NCBI GenBank assembly: GCA_051016155.1
Contig: CP136537.1
Span: 192,935-256,934 of the forward strand
Source of the DNA: Roseivirga sp.
GTDB taxonomy: Bacteria; Bacteroidota; Bacteroidia; Cytophagales; Amoebophilaceae
Length of the DNA stretch: 64,000 bases
Reading direction: 5' to 3'
This document shows, piece by piece, positions 1-9,230 of the stretch. The translations under genes were made by a program, and so were the position numbers. Every line of letters begins with the position of its first letter. The first letter of the stretch is position 1. Under the pieces are notes generated by a model that saw nothing but the letters and a program-made list of their open reading frames with translations, was not told the origin of the DNA and ran no database searches.

Positions 1-3000
1 TTAGAGCAGGAGCTGACGCAGCTTATCAGTACACAGAAGGACGCTGTCAGAAAACTACTGCTTACGCTGCCTAACCAAGAACGGGTAGCACAGCGACTGG
101 CCTACTACTTTGGTGAGGATACCTTCCAGCGCTTTATAGTCCTTTTGGCCCCTGAAGCCCATCTCTTTTTCCAGCAGTTCCTGATGGGGATGTCCTCTGT
201 ACAGCTGACGGCTATCTCAGATCGCTTAGACCCTTTTACCTGGCAAAAACACAACGAAGCAGCTGTGTTGGCCTATCTGCTCCAGAACCATGCCGCTCCA
301 TTCGATCCCCAAGCATGGGTCAAGTATCACCTGGCAAAGCTCAACCAAACATTAGGGCTAAGCCCCAGTCAAGTGCAGCAAGCCTTGGAAAAAATTGTAG
401 CAGCGAGCCTAGGACAAGCGCAGGCCTTCTCTCCTACTCCAGCAGACCAGTTAGATCAATACGCAACGCAGCTAAGTCAAGCATTGGGGGTGAGCGTGAG
501 TCGGGTACAGAAAGCCTTGAAAAAAATTGTACCAGTCCAAGCGCAGGACCTCTCTCCTACTCCAGCAGACCAGTTAGATCAATACGCAACGCAGCTCAGC
601 CAAGCATTGGGGGTGAGCCTCAGCCAAGTGCAAGCTGCTTTAGAAAAAATACTACCCGAAAATCTGGTTCAAGCCCAGGCCTTCTCTACTACTCCAGCAG
701 ACCAGTTGGCTCAGTATGCAACGCAGCTAAGTCAGACATTGGGGGTGAGCATGAGTCAGGTACAGAAAGCCTTGGAAAAAATTGTACCAGACAGTCTATT
801 CCAAACGCAGGCCCTCGCTCCCACTCCAGCAGGCCAGTTAGCTCAATATGCAACCCAGCTCAGCCAAGCGTTGGGCGTGAGCCTGGGCCAAGTGCAAGCT
901 GCTTTAGAAAAAGTTCTAACCAAAAGCTTAGGCTCAGCCCAGGAAGGGCCTTCTGCTACTACAACTCCGTTGACTCAGTACGCAACGCAGCTAAGTCAAG
1001 CATTGGGGGTGAGCCTCAGTCAAGTACAAGCTGCTTTCGAGAAAATACTACCCGAAAATCTGGTTCAAGCCCAGGCCTTCTCTCCTACTCCAGCAGACCA
1101 GTTGGCTCAGTATGCAACGCAGCTGAGCCAAGCCCTGGGGGTGAGCCTCAGTCAAGTGCAAGCTGCTTTCGAGAAAATACTACCCGAAAATCTGGTTCAA
1201 GCCCAGGCCTTCTCTCCTACTCCAGCAGACCAGTTAGATCAGTACGCAACGCAGCTAAGTCAAGCATTGGGGGTGAGCCTCAGCCAAGTGCAAGCTGCTT
1301 TCGAGAAAGTTCTAACCAAAAGCCTAGGCTCAGCCCAGGACGCGCCTGCTGCTACTACAGCTCAATTGGTTCAATACGCAACGCAGCTAAGTCAAGCATT
1401 GGGGGTGAGCGTGAGTCGGGTACAGAAAGCCTTGAAAAAAATTGTACCAGTCCAAGCGCAGGCCCTCTCTCCTACTCCAGCAGACCAGTTAGATCAATAC
1501 GCAACGCAGCTCAGCCAAGCGTTGGGGGTGAGTGTGAGTCAGGTGCAGTCTGCGTTGGAGAGTGTTCTACCCAAAAGTTTGATCCAAGCCCAGGGTGCAC
1601 CGTCTGTTACTACCGCTCTGCTGACGCAGTACGCATCTGAGCTAAGCCAGGCGCTGGGTGTGAGCCTGGGCCAAGTGCAAGCTGCTTTAGAAAAAGTTCT
1701 AACCAAAAGCCTAGGCTCAGCCCAGGACGCACCTGCTGCTACTACAGCTCCGTTGACTCAGTATGCAACGCAGCTCAGCCAAGCCCTGGGGGTGAGCCTG
1801 GGCCAAGTGCAAGCTGCTTTGGAGAAAGTCTTGCCGGCGGGCCTAGGGCAAGTGCAGGCTGCTTTGGAGAAAATACTGCCCACGAGCCTACGCCAAGCCC
1901 AGAACACACCTGCCGCTACTACAACTCTGTTGACTCAGTATGCAACGCAGCTCAGCCAAGCGTTGGGGGTGAGCCTCAGTCAAGTGCGGGCTGCTTTAGA
2001 AAAAGTTTTAACCAAAAGCCTAGGCTCAGCCCAGGACGCACCTGCTGCTACTACAGCTCCGTTGACTCAGTATGCAACGCACCTGAGCCAGGCGCTGGGG
2101 GTGAGCCTGGGCCAAGTGCAGGCTGCTTTTGAGAAAATACTGCCCACGAGCCTACGCCAAGCCCAGGACACACCTGCTTCGCTAGCCGCCTTACTGACTC
2201 AATACGCAGCGCAGCTCAGCCAAGCGCTGGGGGTAAGTACAGATGTACTCAAGGCAGCGCTGGACAAACAAAGCTTTGAACCGCAGCACGGTGCGTCAAG
2301 AGAACGCATCCAAGCGTCCCCTCTGCCTGAACAGGACAAAGTATTGCTTCCTGAAGAGGAAGCGTTGTCTCTCAAAGAGGAGAAAGAAGAAGAGTCGGTG
2401 CCACAAGAAGTATTCAAAGTATATGTACAAAATGGCGGCGTGGTGTTGTTATGGCCCTTCCTAGAACAGCTCTTTGAAGACCAGGGATTCATAAAAAAAC
2501 ATGCCTTTGTCAGTGCAAAAGCTGTCAATAATGCGGTGCATACCCTACAATACTTGGCCACAGGACAGCTAAATACTGCAGAGTGGAGGCTGCTACTGAA
2601 CAAACTGCTCTGTGGTCTTGCCCATGACGATGTGGTGGCGCCTGGCTATCGCTTTCAGGAAGTAGATGAAGCCCACGAAGCCCATGAAGCACTAGCTCCT
2701 GATCAGAACGGCTCCCCACCCAGCGAAGGGGAAGATGCAGGAACAGGCAACCAAGAGGAAAGCACAGAAAAGGAGGAAAGCGCAGAAAAGACGGTAGACT
2801 TGCCCCCAGAAGAGGCACAACTACAGAAAAATTGTCAGCAAGTACTGGAACTAGCCCTAGAAAAATGGGAAGGCCTGAAGGAGCTCGAAAAACAGGAGGC
2901 ATATGAAGCAGGTTTTACTGTAGAGGATTTTAAAGCATATTTTCTTAGACGGCACAGTATCCTGCGTCGTATTGAGGGCAAGGAGCTGAGCTATTGGCAC

Positions 3001-3117
3001 CTGACGTTGCCCTTGGCTCCTTATGACGCGCAAGCGCTACATCCTCCTTGGTCTATGGACAGATTGCGCCTGCCTTGGATGCAAGAAGACTTAGTGGTCT
3101 TTTGGCCGCTTGAGTGA
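1..3117 (+). CDS. contractile-injection-system (eCIS, Afp14/Pvc14-type) tape-measure-like protein, 5' end outside the window; the centre is ~15 tandem 41-44-aa repeats
   Basis: Frame 1 is open from nt 1 (LEQELTQLISTQKDAV...), so the TTG at 145 in the ORF track is not the true start. Stop is TGA at 3115-3117. The repeat unit is QYATQLSQALGVSLSQVQAALEKxLP...AQAxxPTPADQL. The C-terminal block VYVQNGGVVLLWPFLEQLFEDQGF...AVHTLQYLATGQ matches my recollection of the conserved C-terminal motif of CIS tape measure proteins (NAGlVLLxPFLxxLF...LLQYL). Confidence 0.6.
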   Translation, partial: LEQELTQLISTQKDAVRKLLLTLPNQERVAQRLAYYFGEDTFQRFIVLLAPEAHLFFQQFLMGMSSVQLTAISDRLDPFTWQKHNEAAVLAYLLQNHAAPFDPQAWVKYHLAKLNQTLGLSPSQVQQALEKIVAASLGQAQAFSPTPADQLDQYATQLSQALGVSVSRVQKALKKIVPVQAQDLSPTPADQLDQYATQLSQALGVSLSQVQAALEKILPENLVQAQAFSTTPADQLAQYATQLSQTLGVSMSQVQKALEKIVPDSLFQTQALAPTPAGQLAQYATQLSQALGVSLGQVQAALEKVLTKSLGSAQEGPSATTTPLTQYATQLSQALGVSLSQVQAAFEKILPENLVQAQAFSPTPADQLAQYATQLSQALGVSLSQVQAAFEKILPENLVQAQAFSPTPADQLDQYATQLSQALGVSLSQVQAAFEKVLTKSLGSAQDAPAATTAQLVQYATQLSQALGVSVSRVQKALKKIVPVQAQALSPTPADQLDQYATQLSQALGVSVSQVQSALESVLPKSLIQAQGAPSVTTALLTQYASELSQALGVSLGQVQAALEKVLTKSLGSAQDAPAATTAPLTQYATQLSQALGVSLGQVQAALEKVLPAGLGQVQAALEKILPTSLRQAQNTPAATTTLLTQYATQLSQALGVSLSQVRAALEKVLTKSLGSAQDAPAATTAPLTQYATHLSQALGVSLGQVQAAFEKILPTSLRQAQDTPASLAALLTQYAAQLSQALGVSTDVLKAALDKQSFEPQHGASRERIQASPLPEQDKVLLPEEEALSLKEEKEEESVPQEVFKVYVQNGGVVLLWPFLEQLFEDQGFIKKHAFVSAKAVNNAVHTLQYLATGQLNTAEWRLLLNKLLCGLAHDDVVAPGYRFQEVDEAHEAHEALAPDQNGSPPSEGEDAGTGNQEESTEKEESAEKTVDLPPEEAQLQKNCQQVLELALEKWEGLKELEKQEAYEAGFTVEDFKAYFLRRHSILRRIEGKELSYWHLTLPLAPYDAQALHPPWSMDRLRLPWMQEDLVVFWPLE
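319..2270 (+). repeat. in-frame tandem coding repeat, period 123-132 bp, about 15 units
   Basis: QYATQLSQALGVS recurs about 14 times. The blocks at 1009-1105 and 1141-1237 differ by a single nucleotide (period 132 bp). Confidence 0.95.
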
Positions 3118-3308
3118 GCTTCTGGTGGTCTAGGAGAAATTGGCTTGCGTTTTAAAGCTTACCTCAGCTGGAAGAACTGGCACAAGCCTGGAGACTTGCG
3201 CCAGTTGGAGAGCTACTGGTAGTCTAGGAGGCTGGCACAGAAAAAATATGCACCAAGGGCTGTCTTGTTAGCAGCAATACAATAGGGCAAGTTGCCCAGA
3301 TGAGCATT

Positions 3309-3701
3309 TTATCTCTCATAGGGGTTGACAAGCCTTAGCGAGGTAATATTTTTGAAATCGGCCACATTCCTTGTGATCAAAGTTAGGTCGTAGGCTAGAC
3401 TAGTGGCTGCAATGATGGCATCGGGCAGCTTGATGTTGTACTGCCTGCGCAGAGCAGCTGTTTGGTGCTTAATGGTCGTTTCTAGCCCCAATACCCATAC
3501 TTTATCTATAAAGCTGTGTAATAGCTTGCGGTCTTTTTGTGAAGGCGTTTTCCAACACAGTCATTCGATCTCGGTGATGACGGAAATGGCTGGCTGGGAT
3601 TCTTCGAAGAGGTGATCGATAAATTGCTCAGCCGAGGGTGGGAAATGCCTTTGCAGATAGTAAATAGCTATGTTGGTATCCCAGAGGTAGTTGATGTCCA
3701 T
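3309..3701 (-). pseudogene. vapC: PIN-domain VapC toxin interrupted by an in-frame TGA
   Basis: Minus-strand translation from the ATG at 3701-3699 gives MDINYLWDTNIAIYYLQ...SVITEIE*LCWKTPSQKDRKLL...LPDAIIAATSLAYDLTLITRNVADF. The stop (TGA, plus-strand tca at 3561-3563) is in frame between two halves of one PIN fold. The ORF track shows only the last 60 aa. Confidence 0.75.
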
Positions 3702-3901
3702 CCGTTGCGTAAATCTTTGAGTTGCTGATCCACTTCAGGCAAAGGCTGCTGGGTCATGGCTGCTTTGTACTTGGTCCAATCGATCGGAAGCAGGGGTGCT
3801 GTTGGATCCCTGCGTAGGCGAATGAGCTGCAGTCCCTCAAGGTCCTGGAGGAGTTTCAATGCCTTTTCGTCGATGATATCTATGCTGATAGTCTGCGTCA
3901 T
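3668..3901 (-). CDS. putative antitoxin partner of vapC (assigned by position)
   Basis: A small ORF (MTQTISIDIIDEKALKLLQDLEGLQLIRL...) whose 3' end overlaps the vapC ATG at 3701, a typical type II TA arrangement. The start was chosen at an internal Met; the ORF track start is 3937. Confidence 0.5.
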   Translation of the reverse strand: MTQTISIDIIDEKALKLLQDLEGLQLIRLRRDPTAPLLPIDWTKYKAAMTQQPLPEVDQQLKDLRNGWTSTTSGIPT

Positions 3902-4215
3902 AGGCTCGGTTATTTGTTTTACGAGGGAAAGATACAATAAGATATAAAATACTGTAGAAAGATGGGGAGTGAGCTGCTAGATGAGCATACAGAATTGGCG
4001 TGCATTTTAAAGCTTACAGCAGCATGAGGGCGCTCCAAAGCTGCATACTGACTTTAAGAAATAGCCCCTACAGCCCCATTTAAGGCTTTGGCAGATATAA
4101 ATTTTTGACTTTTGCAGCACTCTCGGCATGTATAACAGGCACAAGCCTGGAGACTTGCGCCAGTTGGGGGAACAACATGCTTTTGACACAGCCCCTCTTC
4201 TACTTATATCTTCTC

Positions 4216-6687
4216 CTACCTATGACTGGCCTTGAGCTCCTTCAGGAGCACATCAACTCCTGGCACTCGGCGCATGTGTTGCAGCGCTTCGCCAACAGCC
4301 CTCCGAACATGGGGCCTTGAAGGAGGACTAGTGATCTGTCTGAACCAAGCCAAACCGGCTTGCTGCTCTTTTTCGTTAGGGACGACGGCTAGGTATTGAC
4401 CCAAAGCCACTACCAAAGGTGTATCGTCTGTTCTGCCTAGTAGCTTGGTGAGCTTGCCTTGCAGCCAGGCGTACTTGTCGGGCTGCCGCACTTGGGTGTA
4501 GTAATGAGCCAGGGCCATGACCACGTCACGGTGGTCACACGCCTCTAAACTGGCCAGGTGGACCATCTTGTCAGGCGCATTACTGGTCGTTGCATACATA
4601 CGCAAAGCTGTGCTGACTACATGATAGGAGCGATCTTGCAGGCCTTGCTTGTACACCTCAACGTACTTGGCAGGGTCCTGAAGCGAGGCAAGTGCCCCCA
4701 AGCCAGCTGCCCTGACGGCAGCCTTGTCATCATGCTTGCTCAGTTCGATCAATAGGGCTTCTATGACGGCCATATCTTTGCCTGCATAGTGTCTAAAAGC
4801 ATCGACAGCCATCTTCCTAAAAAACCAAAAATCATCTTGGAGAGCTTCTTGTAGCACTTGGCAGCATATAGGATGGCGCATATGGCTGCTGCAATAAGCC
4901 AGTGCTTCTTGCTTGGCAAAGAAATCTTCTCCTTGGTAGTAGAGGTGCTGATATTCTTCTACTGACTTAGCATGTTCTACCACGCCGAGCAGCAAGGAGC
5001 GTTGATCTAGATGTACGAGCGCAGGAGGCTCAGGCAGCGTCCACGTAAATTCGTGGTAGGGCTGATCTACTACAACGGCATACTGTTGTGGTTCGCCTTG
5101 TGCCCAAACAGCGATGGTCAGCGGAAGCCTGTAAATGGGAGTGGTCGTCGCATTCTGCTGTTGCCATATTTTTACGGTGAGCGTCCCGTCATTGTAAGTA
5201 TGTGCCATCTTCAGCATCGGATGGCCCGCTGCAAAGAACCATTGGTTAAAAAACCAGTTGAGGTCTTCTCCTGTTATGTCTTCAAATGCTTTTCTCAGCT
5301 GGTGAATCTCTACTGTAGAGAAGGCATGCTTTTTAAGATAATGATGCAGGGCTTTGAAAAAGACCTCTTCTCCTACGTATTGACGCAGCATGTGCAGCAC
5401 CAAGGCGCCTTTGTTATAGCTATGCCTATCAAATAGCTCTCCCACATGAGCGTGGTGAAACCGAACCAGGTGGACTTGTTTATGGGTAGCTTCTTGAAGA
5501 TAGCCTTGCAATGTATACCATACGCTGAGGGCTCCAGCTTCCTTTCCATACTTATGTTCGCGCCACAAATGGTCTCCTAGACAAGCAAAGGCCTCATTCA
5601 GCGGCAAATGGGCCCAAGACTCACAAGTGACTAGGTTCCCAAACCAGTGATGAAATAGCTCATGGGCAATGATATCGTCATGATCATTATCCAGCAGCTG
5701 CCGATCGTCTACCTGAAGCATATCTGAAAAAACAACGGCAGAAGTGTTTTCCATGGCTCCCATCATGTGGTCCCTGACCACTATTTGGCTGTATTTGGGC
5801 CAAGGATAGGGATAGTCTAGTTTTTGCGAAAAGAACTCGAGCATCTCTGGCGTGTGGCCAAAAATGGCTCGGGCATGCTGCGCGTAGGCGGGCTCTACAT
5901 AGTAGTTGACTTCCAAGTCGTTCCATGTGTCTTGCACTTCGGCAAAGTCGCCTACTGCCAGCATGAATAAGTAAGGCGCATGTGGCAAGTCCATCTGCCA
6001 GCAGTCTGTTCTTGTTCCGTCATTGTTGCGCTTGGCATAGGCCAGCACGCCGTTAGAGAGTGTCTTCAAGTGCTGTTCCACAGTGATATACACCTCCTGC
6101 GTACACCGCTGGTTGGGCGCATCAATGGTAGGAAACCAGCAGGAGTTAGACTGTGGTTGGCCTTGTGTCCAAATTTGTCGAGGCCGGTCAGGGGCACTAC
6201 CATCTGGCTGGATAAAAAACAAACCCTGGCTTGAGAAAGGAGTAATGCTGCGATACTTACCCACCTCGTTGGGCTGTGCGGTGTAGGCAATGGCTACCTG
6301 ATAAGCAGTTTCGGCAGGCAGTGCTTGGCCTAAATCAATGATCAGCTTTCTACCATCATATGTATACTTCAAAGGGCTTTGTTGGGTCTGCTGTACCATG
6401 GCCACCTGATGAATGGCGAAACCGCAGGCGTCTAGTATTAAGTATCTTTGCGGATAACAGTGGGGTTGTAGTTTTAAGGTAGCTACCCCATGTAGGTGTT
6501 GGCGCTGCCAGTCAAAGCTTACTTCCAGCTTAGTGTGGAGCAGATCATGGTGCCTGGTGCACGTAGCCTGGTAAGGTGCTTGATGCCTTGTATGGGCACG
6601 GTTAGTGGCTATTTCTGTACTTTTGCACGCCCCTACGAGCAGCAACGCCCAGCAGAGTAGCCATGAGCTGAAAAAATGACGTGACAT
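4216..6687 (-). CDS. M1-family zinc aminopeptidase (aminopeptidase N-like), lipoprotein/secreted
   Basis: GAMENTS exopeptidase motif and HELFHHWFGNLVTCESWAHLPLNEAF (HExxH-18-E). The likely start is MSRHFFSSWLLCWALLLVGACKS (signal with lipobox Cys). Confidence 0.9.
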   Translation of the reverse strand: MSRHFFSSWLLCWALLLVGACKSTEIATNRAHTRHQAPYQATCTRHHDLLHTKLEVSFDWQRQHLHGVATLKLQPHCYPQRYLILDACGFAIHQVAMVQQTQQSPLKYTYDGRKLIIDLGQALPAETAYQVAIAYTAQPNEVGKYRSITPFSSQGLFFIQPDGSAPDRPRQIWTQGQPQSNSCWFPTIDAPNQRCTQEVYITVEQHLKTLSNGVLAYAKRNNDGTRTDCWQMDLPHAPYLFMLAVGDFAEVQDTWNDLEVNYYVEPAYAQHARAIFGHTPEMLEFFSQKLDYPYPWPKYSQIVVRDHMMGAMENTSAVVFSDMLQVDDRQLLDNDHDDIIAHELFHHWFGNLVTCESWAHLPLNEAFACLGDHLWREHKYGKEAGALSVWYTLQGYLQEATHKQVHLVRFHHAHVGELFDRHSYNKGALVLHMLRQYVGEEVFFKALHHYLKKHAFSTVEIHQLRKAFEDITGEDLNWFFNQWFFAAGHPMLKMAHTYNDGTLTVKIWQQQNATTTPIYRLPLTIAVWAQGEPQQYAVVVDQPYHEFTWTLPEPPALVHLDQRSLLLGVVEHAKSVEEYQHLYYQGEDFFAKQEALAYCSSHMRHPICCQVLQEALQDDFWFFRKMAVDAFRHYAGKDMAVIEALLIELSKHDDKAAVRAAGLGALASLQDPAKYVEVYKQGLQDRSYHVVSTALRMYATTSNAPDKMVHLASLEACDHRDVVMALAHYYTQVRQPDKYAWLQGKLTKLLGRTDDTPLVVALGQYLAVVPNEKEQQAGLAWFRQITSPPSRPHVRRAVGEALQHMRRVPGVDVLLKELKASHR

Positions 6688-6913
6688 AGCTTTCTTAAGA
6701 TGGATGGTCTTTAGTCTTGGTTGGGGACGCAGCTTTGTCAAAGCCTGCAAGATTTTCTATATTCAGGGACATGTAGTGATTGGTAACCACCAAGAGCAGG
6801 CTCCTATCCTATTCATGACGATTGCACCAAGTAAAGGTAGAGAATCTAGCACAGGTAAGAAAACGGACGACCTATGCGACTTGGGTCCATGGCATTATGA
6901 AGTGACTGATTAG

Positions 6914-7133
6914 TCCATTGGGTGACTAGGTGATTTTGTGATTGGGTGATTCAGTTCATTGGGTGACTAGGTGATTTTGTGATTGGGTGATTGATTCGTC
7001 CATTGGGTGACTAGGTGATTTTGTGATTGGGTGATTCAGTTCATTGGGTGACTGGTCAGTTCATTGGGTGATTTTGTGATTGGGTGATTGATTCGTCCAT
7101 TGGGTGACTGGGTGATTTTGTGATTGGGTGATT
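6914..7133. repeat. tandem array (about 5 units of 42-45 bp) of CATTGGGTGACTAGGTGATTTTGTGATTGGGTGATT
   Basis: Direct reading of 6914-7133. Each unit is itself made of GTGATT sub-repeats. The same GTGATT-rich motif is dispersed in many intergenic regions. Confidence 0.9.
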
Positions 7134-7215
7134 GAAGAAAACCTTCTAGTCCCCAATATCGTCAATTTTAAAAATTTAGAAGCGTGGTCGAGGCTACTTT
7201 GTGATAACCTCGACT
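7134..7215 (-). repeat. copy of the dispersed ~115-bp gene-upstream element (reverse orientation, facing the aminopeptidase gene)
   Basis: The reverse complement reads ...cacgcttctaaatttttaaaattgacgatattggggactagaaggttttc. This matches 29560-29610 and the other copies. Confidence 0.7.
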
Positions 7216-7295
7216 TGTAACTCTAGCTCGGTGGATAGACTAAAAGCTAGCCCTGCTTGCTGGTCAGTTGCCTTACAAAAAGACATCTTGCGACT

Positions 7296-8021
7296 ATGCA
7301 ATACAAAAAAATCCTACTCAAACTCAGTGGGGAGGCGCTCATGGGTCCACACGGTTCAGGCATAGACGCCAGCCAGCTGGCTTTGTACGCGGACGAAATA
7401 GCGAAAGTGCAGTCACTAGGCGTATCCCTGGCGGTCGTTATTGGAGGAGGCAACATATATCGAGGTGCACGTGCAGCTTTGGACATACCCAGAGTGAAAG
7501 GAGACTTTATGGGCATGCTAGCCACTGCTATCAATGGCTTGGCCCTGCAAAGCGCTCTAGAAAAGAGGGGTATCCCTACTCGCGTCATGTCTAGCCTATC
7601 CATAGAGTCAGTTTGTGAATCTTACGTACCGCACAAAGCAATGAGGCACTTAGAAAAAAAGCGTTTGGTGATCATTGTGGGAGGCCTGGGCGTTCCTTAC
7701 TTCACTACTGACTCAGCAGCCAGCCTTAGGGCCATAGAATTGGAGGTAGATGTGTTGCTCAAAGGAACCCAAGTGGATGGCGTCTATTCAGACGATCCGC
7801 ATAAGAACCCAGCAGCAGTGCGGCTCGACCAGCTTAGTTTTCAGGAAGCGTTTCAGAGGAAACTTGCTGTGATGGATGTGACCGCCTTTACGCTGTGTGA
7901 AGAAAACAATTTGCCTATTATCGTTTACAATGCCCATCAGCCGGACGATCTCCTCAGAATCGTGCAAGGAGAGCGCTTAGGCACTCTGATTGCTAACTCA
8001 CCTTACGTCTCCCCTGCTTAA
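7296..8021 (+). CDS. pyrH: UMP kinase
   Basis: MQYKKILLKLSGEALMG..., GGGNIYRG, and full-length similarity to the PyrH pattern. Start taken at an internal ATG of ORF 7257. Confidence 0.92.
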   Translation: MQYKKILLKLSGEALMGPHGSGIDASQLALYADEIAKVQSLGVSLAVVIGGGNIYRGARAALDIPRVKGDFMGMLATAINGLALQSALEKRGIPTRVMSSLSIESVCESYVPHKAMRHLEKKRLVIIVGGLGVPYFTTDSAASLRAIELEVDVLLKGTQVDGVYSDDPHKNPAAVRLDQLSFQEAFQRKLAVMDVTAFTLCEENNLPIIVYNAHQPDDLLRIVQGERLGTLIANSPYVSPA

Positions 8022-8030
8022 TGCGCCTCA

Positions 8031-8109
8031 TGTTGTCATTTTGAATGCAGAAAAACATCCCTGCGAAGCCTACCTACACAGAGATTCCTCGCCAGGCTCG
8101 GAATGACAA
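8031..8109. repeat. palindromic dispersed element (TTGTCATT..GAATGCAG ... GAGATTCCTCGCCAGGCTCGGAATGACAA)
   Basis: The arms gtcatt..ga and ..tcggaatgac can pair. Related copies are at 10270, 11723, 23226 and 59977. Confidence 0.75.
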
Positions 8110-8200
8110 AGTCACTGTGTAAGGTGAGTTACTAAAGCGGTTGGATAGGCAGGGATTATCAATAACGCCTCTCTCAAACAGGCCTGCTATCTTAGCTGCC

Positions 8201-9136
8201 ATGATGCATGCTGACACAGCGCTACGCAAAGGCAAAGTGATCCAATCGACAGGTGCTTGGTACCAAGTGCAAGAAGAAGGGGGGGAGAGCTATGCTTGCA
8301 AGCTCAGAGGCAAGTTCCGGCTGCAGGGGCTGAAGCTAGCCAATCCTGTGGTGGTAGGCGACGAAGTGGCTTTTGCGTTGGAACCAGCGCAAGCCATAGG
8401 TGTGATCCATGAGATCATGCCCCGAAAGAATTACTTGATTAGGCAAGCTGCCCACAAAAAAGCCTACGGACAGCTCCTGGCCGCCAATCTAGACCAGGCA
8501 GTATTGGTCATGGCAGCAGATAAAGTTGCTGATCAGCTCGATTTTATCGACCGCTTTTTGATAGTGGCAGAAGCAGTTGAAATTCCGCCTTGCCTTGTGT
8601 TCAACAAAACAGATTTATTAAAGGCAGCGCAGTTACTAGCCTTACAAGGTATTCAAAGCTTGTATGAAAAGTTAGGCTATGCCACTCTCGCCGTGTCTGC
8701 CCGAAGGCAGCAGCACCTCGAAGGCTTTCGCCAAGCCATGTTGGGCAAGGTCTCACTCTTGTCTGGCTATTCTGGCGTGGGCAAGTCCACCTTGCTCAAT
8801 ATGCTAGCCCCTGAAGTCAACCAAGCAGTAGCTCCTCCGACTCAACTGCCGCAACGAGGACGCCATACAACTACCTATGCGGCCTTATTTGAAGTAGCGC
8901 CCAATACTTTTGTGATCGATACCCCAGGCATTCAAACGCTAGTGCCCTATGCTATAGAAAAAAAAGGCTTGGGCCATTGTTTTCCAGAGCTACGCAGCCA
9001 GGCAGCAGCTTGTAAGTTCTACAACTGTACGCACCTGCACGAGCCGAATTGTGCTGTGCGCCAAGCACTAGCCACCGGTGCCATAGCCACTTCTCGCTAC
9101 CGACACTATCAGCAGATGATGGAGGAAGAAAAGTAA
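8201..9136 (+). CDS. rsgA: ribosome small-subunit-dependent GTPase A
   Basis: Circularly permuted GTPase motifs: NKTDL, GYSGVGKSTLLN, and the zinc knuckle CKFYNCTHLHEPNCAV. Confidence 0.9.
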   Translation: MMHADTALRKGKVIQSTGAWYQVQEEGGESYACKLRGKFRLQGLKLANPVVVGDEVAFALEPAQAIGVIHEIMPRKNYLIRQAAHKKAYGQLLAANLDQAVLVMAADKVADQLDFIDRFLIVAEAVEIPPCLVFNKTDLLKAAQLLALQGIQSLYEKLGYATLAVSARRQQHLEGFRQAMLGKVSLLSGYSGVGKSTLLNMLAPEVNQAVAPPTQLPQRGRHTTTYAALFEVAPNTFVIDTPGIQTLVPYAIEKKGLGHCFPELRSQAAACKFYNCTHLHEPNCAVRQALATGAIATSRYRHYQQMMEEEK

Positions 9137-9230
9137 CTGAGAAACGTATCAGTGAACCATACCGCCACCTAGGCGCTACCAACGATGCTGCTACCAAGGT
9201 TACCGAAGTTTTCGTATCTTGCTATTACTG

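Noticed and set aside
315-1640. A 441-aa ORF in frame 3, overlapping the tape-measure repeats.
   Set aside because: It is an alternative-frame shadow of the tandem repeat. Its Ser/Arg/Gly-rich periodic sequence simply mirrors the repeat, and the frame-1 ORF is continuous from nt 1 to 3117 with a recognisable conserved C-terminal domain.
3561-3563. An in-frame TGA in vapC as evidence for TGA recoding or an alternative genetic code.
   Set aside because: TGA clearly terminates well-supported genes in the same window, for example the tape-measure gene at 3115-3117 and ruvC at 45022-45024. A simple nonsense mutation is the economical explanation.
6914-7133. A possible CRISPR array, because of the regular direct repeats.
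   Set aside because: There are no unique spacers. The intervening sequence is only two alternating 5-7-nt linkers, the units are about 43 bp and built from GTGATT sub-repeats, and no cas genes are nearby.
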